A stretch of 16,962 nucleotides of DNA from NCBI GenBank assembly GCA_964626665.1, contig CAZVGK010000048.1, forward strand, positions 1-16,962, read 5' to 3'. Position 1 is the first letter of the stretch, and each line of letters starts with the position of its first letter. The notes beneath the pieces were generated by a model, which searched no databases, was not told where the DNA came from, and worked only from the letters and a program-made list of their open reading frames with translations. This document shows positions 1 to 7,226 of the stretch, piece by piece. The position numbers and the translations under genes are program-made. This DNA comes from an uncultured Gemmatimonadota bacterium (GTDB lineage: Bacteria; SM23-81; DAOVCL01).

Positions 1-1
1 G

Positions 2-91
2 TCAAGAGAAATGTCGTTTAATTTCCTTTATATTACAATTTAGCCGATAGTCATGGATGTAGTTATTTGAGAAAGATGGTGTGTACTTCAC
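2..91 (-). CDS. Possible 29-aa small ORF (MKYTPSFSNNYIHDYRLNCNIKEIKRHFS) downstream of the leftward promoter
   Basis: AAGGAG (plus ctcctt, 101-106) lies 9 nt before GTG at 91 and 7 nt before an overlapping ATG-TGA at 93-88. No recognisable homology. Confidence 0.2.
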   Translation of the reverse strand: MKYTPSFSNNYIHDYRLNCNIKEIKRHFS

Positions 92-172
92 ATTAAAAAA
101 CTCCTTTTCTCTTCTTATGCTTCCGGGGACTTTTGAGGTATTGTCACTAACCCTGAAATTGCAGACATTGCT

Positions 173-201
173 ATTATAAACAAGGATAGAAGACTTGTCA
201 A
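173..201 (-). promoter_or_regulatory. Perfect-consensus sigma70 promoter, leftward (TTGACA-N17-TATAAT)
   Basis: Plus-strand TGTCAA at 196-201 and ATTATA at 173-178 read TTGACA and TATAAT on the minus strand, exactly 17 nt apart; divergent from the C25 gene. Confidence 0.8.
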
Positions 202-296
202 GTACCACCCATTCTTTCACCCCACAGGGCAGTCTGATCGGCGGGTGTAGATACTCAGAGGCTACGGACAGCTCCAGAGCAATACAAACTTTCCCC

Positions 297-325
297 TTGA
301 TTTCCCCCCAAAATTTGGTTATCTT
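297..325 (+). promoter_or_regulatory. Putative sigma70 promoter for the C25 peptidase gene (TTGATT-N17-TATCTT)
   Basis: TTGATT at 297-302, 17-nt spacer, TATCTT at 320-325; AAGGAGG RBS just before ATG 373. Confidence 0.5.
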
Positions 326-372
326 TATCCAATAAAGCGAAAATTTAACCATCTCAATCACAAGGAGGGAAA

Positions 373-3300
373 ATGTTCTTCCGTAGATTAATCGCTTTGT
401 TTATCTTGGCCACCATTGTAATTGGCTTTGGCCCTACACCAGGGTCAGGGGAAATGTTAAAGGAATCCTTAACCTTCTCTAAATCTGACCTCAAATTCAG
501 CAAGCTTAAGGGCTACGACCAGGTGACTCTCCTCGGCTGTGACCTTACTGCAAAGGTGGGGGAGCCACAACTGCCAGTTTACTTAGCAAATCTGGCCATT
601 CCAAATGGGGCGAGAGTAGAGGAGGTGGAGATACTGGCCACGGAAAGCGAGGATCTCTCGGGGAGCTATCTTATCTACCCGGTTCAACCTCCACAGATCT
701 TGTCCCAGTCCAAAGACAAAACCATCCCCTTTGTGGAACCCAAGTCCGCAATTTACAGTTCAGCCTTATACCCTCAGAAGATAGTCGAATACAAAGGATC
801 TGGTTCCTTAAGTGGCTATCAAGTAGCCAGCTTCTTAGTCTATCCCCTCCAATATCTCCCCGCAAAAAAGATGCTGCGCTTCTATTCCAGGGTTGATTTT
901 GCCGTCCGGTTAACCCCTGGCCCAAAGAAATTCTCCATCAAGAGGACTGAGAGGGTCGAAAAACTCATTCGACGCACAGTAGGCTCTTTGGTCTCAAATC
1001 CTCAGAATGTAAGGAAATCCCAGGGGGCGGAAGAAAAATCCTCTACTCTTCTTCCACTTGGCCAATTTGAATATCTGATCATCACCTCAGAATCCTATGT
1101 TCCTTACTTTCAACCCTTAGCGAATTGGAAGCTTAAGAAGGGGTTAAGGGATACCATTATTACCACATCCTGGATCTACTCTACCTACTCCGGCTATGAC
1201 CACCAGGAGCAAATAAGAAACTTCCTTAAGGATGCCTACCAGAATTGGGGAACGGTTTGGGTTCTCTTGGGAGGGGACACGGATGTGGTCCCAACAAGGA
1301 TAGCTTATGCGATGACTTGTGAGGCTGGTTTTTACCCTGATGAGGATAGCATCCCCTGCGATCTATATTATTCTGATCTTGACCGAACCTGGGATCTGAA
1401 TGGGAACCACATTTATGGGGAAGTGGCTGACAGCGTGGATATGTTGTCAGATGTCTTCGTGGGCAGGGCCTCGGTGAGCATTCACCAGGAGGCTCAGGCC
1501 TGGGTTAACAAGATCTTAACCTATGAGAAGAGCCCTCCCACAGATTATCAGCTCGATATGCTCTTTGCTGCAGAAATCCTTTGGTGGGATCCCTATACGG
1601 ATTCCGGGGTAGGCAAGAATATAATTGACAACTTGTTTGTCCCCCCTCGATTTGATCCGATCACCAAGTTATACGAATCCCAGGGGAATGAAAGCCGCGC
1701 ATCAGTGATAGCAGCTATGAACGAAGGGCAGAACATCATCAATCACGATGGGCATGCAAACTATACAGTTATGGGCGCCGGAGCTGGTTACCTAAATCGG
1801 TCGGATATGGATGCTCTTACAAATGGCCCCCGTTATTCCATCCTCTACTCTATCGGCTGCTGGCCGGCTGCCTTTGACTATGACTGTATCGCCGAGCATT
1901 TTGTTAACAATCCAAATGGGGGAGGAGTTGCTTTCATTGGCAACTCCAGGTATGGTTGGGGATCTCCAGGGAACCCAGGCTATGGTTATTCCGATAGGTT
2001 TGATAGCGAGTTTTACAGGTTTCTCTTCCAGGATGATATCTACCATATTGGTGCCACCTTGGCCCTGGACAAGGCATTCTATATTCCCAGATCTCAGCAG
2101 GAGAATGTTTACCGCTGGTGTGAATACGAGATAAACCTTTTGGGCGATCCAGAGATGCCCATCTGGACCGATATCCCAGATACCCTTACGGTGGTGCATC
2201 CAGACAGCGTTCCCACCGGGGAGAGCCTATTCCCCGTCACAGTGCAGGCCAACTCCTCCCCTCTCAGTGGAGCCTTGGTCTGTGTAATGGGGGCAAACGG
2301 TGTTTACAAAACTGACCTTACAGGAGCCAATGGCCAGGTCAGCCTTTCCATTCATCCATCCGCTCAGGGCACCCTCTGGGTGACGGTCACCGCCCATAAC
2401 TACCTCCCTTACGAAGGGCATGCGACCGTTTTCTCTGTTGGCCCTTATGTAAGCCGTTACAGAGAAGTAATCTTTGACACCATTCAAGGAAATGGAGATG
2501 GGGTGATCAACCCCGGTGAAGAAGTCTCCTTGGCTATTACCCTAAGAAATTATGGCAACCAAACTTCCAATGATGTCACCGCAGTCCTCTCCACCGATGA
2601 CTCTATGGCCACGGTTCTGGATAGCTTGGGGAATTATGGTCAGATCCCCCCTGGAGATAGCTCTCAGGCTTCCAGCTACAGGTTCTCCATCTCCCCTGAT
2701 TGTCCCAACGGCAGGGTCATATCATTTGGCTTAAGGATTGCCGATGCCCAGAGCAACCACTGGAATGAGAGACTGAACTTTGTTGTAGCTCGGCCTATCT
2801 TACACTTTCAGACCTACCAAATAGATGATGGCCTGGGAGGTGATGGGGACTCCATCCCCGAACCAGGGGAATCTTTTGGCTTAGGCTTGAGCCTAAAAAA
2901 CTGGGGGCTGGCCTTGGCCCGCGAGGTCACGGCCAGGATCTGGACAGAGGATCCTTGGGTAAGCTTAACCGATACGATTGCCGATTTCGGGGAGATCTGG
3001 CCGGATTCCATCTCGGAGGGGACCTATGAGGCGAGCATCTCCCCAGGTTGTCCCGTCCCCTATTTCCCCACAATACACATGGAGATGGAAACCGAGGATG
3101 GATATTCCTTCCCGGACAGCCTGATCCTAACCGTGGGGGAGACGGGGTTCTCCGATGATATGGAAGCCGGTCCAGGTGAATGGAGCCCGTCATGGCTCTG
3201 GGGACTATCCACCCATAGAAGCCACTCTGGGACGCATAGCTGGTATTGTGGTGATACTAGCCATGCTTATCAAAACAACATGAACAGTTCCCTTATCAGC

Positions 3301-3945
3301 CCACTCATAGTCCTTGCCCCCAACTCCAGCTTGATCTTTTGGCACTGGTATGATGTGACCACCTATGGGGTGGATGGGCTTTATGTGGAGATCGTGAGGG
3401 GTTCCAAGGCCGACACCTTGGACTTCATCGGCAGCGGAGGAGCTTTAGACTCCCTGCTCATCGGAAATGATTGGTTAGAGGAAAACTACGATCTCTCCTC
3501 ATACGGGTTTGGGGATACGGTGCAGGTGAAGTTCACCTTTGTCAGCGATGACGATGAGGTGGCCGAGGGCTTTTATATCGACGATGTCCACATTAAGGGA
3601 AGCCACTCGGTATCTGTGGGCACTGCCAACGGCGGCCATTCTACCACAAGGCCTACTTTCTTCCAGCTTAGCCAGAACTATCCCAATCCCTTCAACTCAA
3701 ATACAGCTATCAGCTATCAGCTATCAGCTATCAGCGGACAGTGGACCGCGGTCAGCCTGAAGATTTACAACATCTTAGGGGAAAAGGTGAGAACCCTGGT
3801 CAATGGAGAGCAGGTACCCGGAGTCCACCAGGTTATCTGGAACGGCCGGGATGATCAGGGGAAGGAGCTGGCCTCCGGGGTCTATCTCTACAGGTTGCAG
3901 GTAGGCTATTTCAGTCAGACGAGAAAATTGGTCCTCCTCAAATAG
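373..3945 (+). CDS. Secreted C25 family (gingipain-like) cysteine peptidase: signal peptide, propeptide, catalytic domain, Ig-like domains, MAM/jelly-roll-like domain, C-terminal T9SS-type-A/FlgD-Ig-like domain
   Basis: Sec signal MFFRRLIALFILATIVIG; propeptide motif VGEPQLPV; C25 motifs YLIIT, VLLGGD, DLYYSDLD, VGRAS, INHDGH (catalytic His), SIGC (catalytic Cys), LLGDPEM; two GxGDxxxxPGE Ig-like repeats; FSDDME...GFYIDDV domain; terminal LSQNYPNPFN...WNGRD...SGVYLYRL. Confidence 0.93.
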   Translation: MFFRRLIALFILATIVIGFGPTPGSGEMLKESLTFSKSDLKFSKLKGYDQVTLLGCDLTAKVGEPQLPVYLANLAIPNGARVEEVEILATESEDLSGSYLIYPVQPPQILSQSKDKTIPFVEPKSAIYSSALYPQKIVEYKGSGSLSGYQVASFLVYPLQYLPAKKMLRFYSRVDFAVRLTPGPKKFSIKRTERVEKLIRRTVGSLVSNPQNVRKSQGAEEKSSTLLPLGQFEYLIITSESYVPYFQPLANWKLKKGLRDTIITTSWIYSTYSGYDHQEQIRNFLKDAYQNWGTVWVLLGGDTDVVPTRIAYAMTCEAGFYPDEDSIPCDLYYSDLDRTWDLNGNHIYGEVADSVDMLSDVFVGRASVSIHQEAQAWVNKILTYEKSPPTDYQLDMLFAAEILWWDPYTDSGVGKNIIDNLFVPPRFDPITKLYESQGNESRASVIAAMNEGQNIINHDGHANYTVMGAGAGYLNRSDMDALTNGPRYSILYSIGCWPAAFDYDCIAEHFVNNPNGGGVAFIGNSRYGWGSPGNPGYGYSDRFDSEFYRFLFQDDIYHIGATLALDKAFYIPRSQQENVYRWCEYEINLLGDPEMPIWTDIPDTLTVVHPDSVPTGESLFPVTVQANSSPLSGALVCVMGANGVYKTDLTGANGQVSLSIHPSAQGTLWVTVTAHNYLPYEGHATVFSVGPYVSRYREVIFDTIQGNGDGVINPGEEVSLAITLRNYGNQTSNDVTAVLSTDDSMATVLDSLGNYGQIPPGDSSQASSYRFSISPDCPNGRVISFGLRIADAQSNHWNERLNFVVARPILHFQTYQIDDGLGGDGDSIPEPGESFGLGLSLKNWGLALAREVTARIWTEDPWVSLTDTIADFGEIWPDSISEGTYEASISPGCPVPYFPTIHMEMETEDGYSFPDSLILTVGETGFSDDMEAGPGEWSPSWLWGLSTHRSHSGTHSWYCGDTSHAYQNNMNSSLISPLIVLAPNSSLIFWHWYDVTTYGVDGLYVEIVRGSKADTLDFIGSGGALDSLLIGNDWLEENYDLSSYGFGDTVQVKFTFVSDDDEVAEGFYIDDVHIKGSHSVSVGTANGGHSTTRPTFFQLSQNYPNPFNSNTAISYQLSAISGQWTAVSLKIYNILGEKVRTLVNGEQVPGVHQVIWNGRDDQGKELASGVYLYRLQVGYFSQTRKLVLLK
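3704..3756 (+). repeat. Heptamer tandem repeat (CAGCTAT)x4 plus three degenerate units, inside the C25 CDS
   Basis: CAGCTAT at 3704, 3711, 3718 and 3725, then CAGCGGA, CAGTGGA, CCGCGGT and CAGC in the same 7-nt register. Confidence 0.9.
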
Positions 3946-4063
3946 ATAAAGAAGCAATTTAGAATTAAAATTTGTAGTTTATAGTGGCTGTTCCCCTGAC
4001 CTCTAAAAACTGATCCCTGGAAACTGTTATATCAGGATTTTTGCTATTCGTCAATTTGTGAAC

Positions 4064-4100
4064 TCACCTCGCACTTTTGCATAAGTGCGGGGTGAATTTT
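4064..4100 (+). terminator. Hairpin, probable intrinsic terminator after the C25 gene
   Basis: TCACCTCGCACTT (4064-4076) pairs with AAGTGCGGGGTGA (4083-4095), one G-U pair, 6-nt loop, followed by ATTTT. Confidence 0.55.
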
Positions 4101-4144
4101 CAAAGCCTTACCCACCGTTTCCAATAGCCTTAGCCTCATAAGCG

Positions 4145-4177
4145 AAGCAGGGACTTCATAGTTCGAAGTCCCTGCTT
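4145..4177. repeat. Perfect 13-bp inverted repeat (REP-like palindrome or second terminator)
   Basis: AAGCAGGGACTTC (4145-4157), 7-nt loop, GAAGTCCCTGCTT (4165-4177). Confidence 0.7.
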
Positions 4178-4225
4178 TCATATCTGTGGAGAAGAAGGCG
4201 AATTCCAGCAACCTTCCTTTTCCCC

Positions 4226-4254
4226 TTGATTTAAAAGGGTAAATTTGTTATTTT
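4226..4254 (+). promoter_or_regulatory. Putative sigma70 promoter for ABC-F/hflX (TTGATT-N17-TATTTT with extended -10 TG)
   Basis: TTGATT at 4226-4231, TG at 4246-4247, TATTTT at 4249-4254, 22 nt before ATG 4277. Confidence 0.5.
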
Positions 4255-4276
4255 ACAAACGGAAAGGGGGATAGGG

Positions 4277-6130
4277 ATGGTTCTTGCCTCTTTACAAGGG
4301 GTATACAAATCTTATGGGGAGAAGGTGGTCTTGGAGGGGGTGGATTGGCAGATAACCGATGGGAAGAGGATCGGACTTGTGGGGCCCAACGGAGCAGGAA
4401 AGACCACCCTCTTAGAGATAATCGCCGGATACAGGGAGCTGGATAGAGGGGCTGTCCAAAGGAAAAAGGGGTTAAGGATAGGCTATATGTGCCAGGAGGC
4501 TCAGTTGGCCGGGGAGCTCTCCCTCAGGGAGGAGATGGAGGGAGCCTTTGCTCACCTTCTGAAGAAGGAGGAAAGGATAAGAAACCTGGAGGAGAGGATT
4601 TCCTTAAAACAAGGTGACCTGGACTCCCTGCTTAAGGAGTATAGCAGGTTGCGACAGGAGTTTGAAGCAGAGGATGGCTATCTCTTCCGCACAAAAATAG
4701 AGAGAACCCTCTTCGGCCTCGGCTTTAAGGAAGAAGAAATGGCCCAAATGGTCGGCTCTCTCAGCGGTGGGCAGAAGAGCATAGCTGCCCTGGCGAAGGT
4801 GCTCTTGGCCGATCCCCAGATCCTCCTCTTGGATGAGCCCACCAACCACTTGGACATCAGGGCCACGGAATGGCTGGAGAGGTTTTTGGCCGATTACCCG
4901 CGCACCATCGTCATCATCTCCCATGACCGTCGGCTTTTAGACAGAACCACAGAGGAGATAGTGGAGGTGGGTGAGGGGAAGATAAAGAGGTATGTAGGAA
5001 ACTATTCCGCCTATCAGGTTCAGAAGCAGAAAGACCTGGAGCTCTCCCAAAAAAGATATGAACTCCAACAGGAGTGGATTAAGAGAACTGAGGATTTCAT
5101 TGGGAGAAATATCGCCGGACAGAAGACCAGACAGGCCCAGAGCAGGAGGAAGAAATTAGGGAAAGTGGAAAAGTTAGAGAAGCCCTCCATAGGGGGAAAG
5201 GGGCCCCTACTCAGGTTCAGCTCCCGGGAGAAAGGGGCCCAGGAGGTCCTGAGCCTGGGAAACATCAGCAAGGGCTTTCCTGGCAAGGAGCTTTTCTCCC
5301 AGGTGAACTTCACCCTTCTGCGGGGAGATCGGGTGGGCCTGGTTGGGCCCAACGGGTCGGGGAAAACCACTCTGATGAAGGTAATCGTAGGGGAGGAAGG
5401 AGCAGATGAAGGAGCGGTAAAGGTAGGCAAGGGGGTGAGGATTGGCTATTATAGTCAGGAACACGAGAACCTAAACCGGGAGAAACCGATTTTGGATGAG
5501 GTCTGGGAGGTGAAGCCCCACCTTACCCAAGAGGAGGTAAGAAGCTATTTGGCCAGGTTTCTCTTCCGCGGCGATGAGGTCTTCCAGCCCGTATATAGCC
5601 TCAGCGGGGGAGAACAGAGCCGGATCTGTTTGGCCAAACTCATCTTAGGCCAGCCAGACCTCCTCCTTTTGGATGAACCCACCAACCACTTAGACATTCC
5701 CTCCTTAGAGGTCTTAGAGAAAGCCCTCTTGGGGTTTAAAGGGACGCTGTTTGTGGCCTCCCATGACCGCTATTTTCTCGATCGTTTGGTGCACAGGGTC
5801 TTCTACCTTAGCCAGGGAAAGCTTAGCCAGTGGGAGGGAAACTACAGCGAGATGGAAGCCAAGTGGCCGGAGAAGGGGAAAGCCAAATCGCCCCGCCGCC
5901 GCGGCAGGAGGAAAAGAAGGTCACAGAACCCCGCGAGGATCGAGAGGGAGATCGCCACCCTGGAGGAGAGGCTCTGGGAGACATCCCTTCTTCTGGCTGA
6001 CCGAGAGGTATATTCCGATTGGCAGAGGCTGCACTCGCTCTTAGAGGAGAGGGAAACAATTTCCAAAAGGATCGATACCCTTTACGAAAAATGGGAGGAA
6101 GCCATAAAGGAGGGGGAGGAAATTGTTTGA
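4277..6130 (+). CDS. ABC-F family ribosome-associated ATPase (YheS/YdiF/Uup-like) with C-terminal coiled coil
   Basis: Two ABC domains (GPNGAGKT and GPNGSGKT, LSGG twice, LLLDEPTNHLD twice, SHDR twice), no transmembrane segments, inter-domain linker QQEWIKRTEDFI...QAQSRRKKL. Confidence 0.95.
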   Translation: MVLASLQGVYKSYGEKVVLEGVDWQITDGKRIGLVGPNGAGKTTLLEIIAGYRELDRGAVQRKKGLRIGYMCQEAQLAGELSLREEMEGAFAHLLKKEERIRNLEERISLKQGDLDSLLKEYSRLRQEFEAEDGYLFRTKIERTLFGLGFKEEEMAQMVGSLSGGQKSIAALAKVLLADPQILLLDEPTNHLDIRATEWLERFLADYPRTIVIISHDRRLLDRTTEEIVEVGEGKIKRYVGNYSAYQVQKQKDLELSQKRYELQQEWIKRTEDFIGRNIAGQKTRQAQSRRKKLGKVEKLEKPSIGGKGPLLRFSSREKGAQEVLSLGNISKGFPGKELFSQVNFTLLRGDRVGLVGPNGSGKTTLMKVIVGEEGADEGAVKVGKGVRIGYYSQEHENLNREKPILDEVWEVKPHLTQEEVRSYLARFLFRGDEVFQPVYSLSGGEQSRICLAKLILGQPDLLLLDEPTNHLDIPSLEVLEKALLGFKGTLFVASHDRYFLDRLVHRVFYLSQGKLSQWEGNYSEMEAKWPEKGKAKSPRRRGRRKRRSQNPARIEREIATLEERLWETSLLLADREVYSDWQRLHSLLEERETISKRIDTLYEKWEEAIKEGEEIV

Positions 6131-7226
6131 ACTGAGGGGGCCCAAGAGGGAAAGGGCCATCCTGGCCGGATTGGTCCATTGGGAGGGTGGGGGTGGCGAC
6201 TGGACGGAGCTGCAGGCACTGGTTGACTCAGCCGGTGGGGAGGTTGTGGGCAGGGTCTCCCAAAGGAGGCGGGAGCCGGACCCCGCGCTTTTCATCGGCC
6301 GGGGAAAGGTGGCCACCCTCAAGGATGAGGTAAGGGGAAAGGGAGCCGATCTGGTGATCTTCGACCAGGATCTCTCCCCGGTGCAGGTCAAGAACTTGGA
6401 GGAGGCCCTGGGGATAAAGGTTCTGGACCGCAGTGGCCTCATATTGGACATCTTCGCCCGCCGGGCAAGGAGCAAAGAGGCAAAAACCCAGGTGGAACTG
6501 GCCCAACTCAAGTGGCTTCTCCCCAGATTGACCAGAAGGTGGACCCACCTCTCCCGCCAGGAGGGGGGGATGGGCACCAGAGGCCCCGGGGAGACCCAGT
6601 TGGAGGTGGACAGAAGGAGGGTGCGGAAGAGGATTGCGGACCTGCAGGGGGCGTTAAAGAGAATAGAGGCCGAGAGGGAAGTTCAAAGAAAGAGGAGGGC
6701 AAGGCTCTACAAGATAACCCTCGTGGGATACACCAATGCGGGCAAATCAAGCCTGCTCAATCTCCTCGCCCGCTCTCAGGTAGAGGTGCAGGAGAGGCTT
6801 TTCGCTACCTTGGACTCAACCACCAGAATGGTCTGGCTGGCCTCTCGTAAAAGGGCCCTTCTCACCGACACCGTTGGCTTTATCAAAAGGCTTCCTCCCC
6901 ACTTGGTGGCCTCCTTTAGGAGCACCCTCAGGGTGGTCAGGGAGGCAGATCTCCTCATCCACCTTGTAGACTCTTCAGCCCAGGACTTCGAGGCCCGCAT
7001 CTTCACCGTGAAGGAGATGCTGCAGGATTTGGGGGTGCTCTTCAAACCAACCATCCTGGCCTTGAACAAAATCGACCTCCTCACCCCTCGTCAGATAAGG
7101 ACATTTAAGGCCCAATATCCAGCAGCCCCCCTCATCTCCGTGCTCAAGGACTGGGGGATGGGGGAGTTAAAGGAGATGATATTGGAGCACTGGGCCCAGA
7201 GGTCATCTCTGAATCCTCAGACATAG
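6123..7226 (+). CDS. hflX: GTPase HflX (ribosome-splitting factor), short form
   Basis: IGRGK, LSPVQ, LILDIFARRA, QVELAQL, RGPGETQLE; G1 GYTNAGKS, FATLD, DTVG, NKID; TTG start overlaps the ABC-F stop by 8 nt. Confidence 0.96.
   Translation: MFELRGPKRERAILAGLVHWEGGGGDWTELQALVDSAGGEVVGRVSQRRREPDPALFIGRGKVATLKDEVRGKGADLVIFDQDLSPVQVKNLEEALGIKVLDRSGLILDIFARRARSKEAKTQVELAQLKWLLPRLTRRWTHLSRQEGGMGTRGPGETQLEVDRRRVRKRIADLQGALKRIEAEREVQRKRRARLYKITLVGYTNAGKSSLLNLLARSQVEVQERLFATLDSTTRMVWLASRKRALLTDTVGFIKRLPPHLVASFRSTLRVVREADLLIHLVDSSAQDFEARIFTVKEMLQDLGVLFKPTILALNKIDLLTPRQIRTFKAQYPAAPLISVLKDWGMGELKEMILEHWAQRSSLNPQT

Noticed and set aside
218-282. Possible c-di-GMP-I riboswitch (CACAGGGCA...GCTACGG)
   Set aside because: Lacks the GGCAAA, GNRA loop and GACGCAAAG core, and lies upstream of the predicted promoter. 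An Rfam scan would settle it.
2-361. 119-aa minus-strand ORF
   Set aside because: Runs through two predicted promoters, has no recognisable motif and no clear RBS; only its last 29 codons have an RBS.
4277-6130. Antibiotic-resistance (ARE) ABC-F call
   Set aside because: Linker and C-terminal coiled coil look like housekeeping YheS/YdiF types; no leader peptide was evident.
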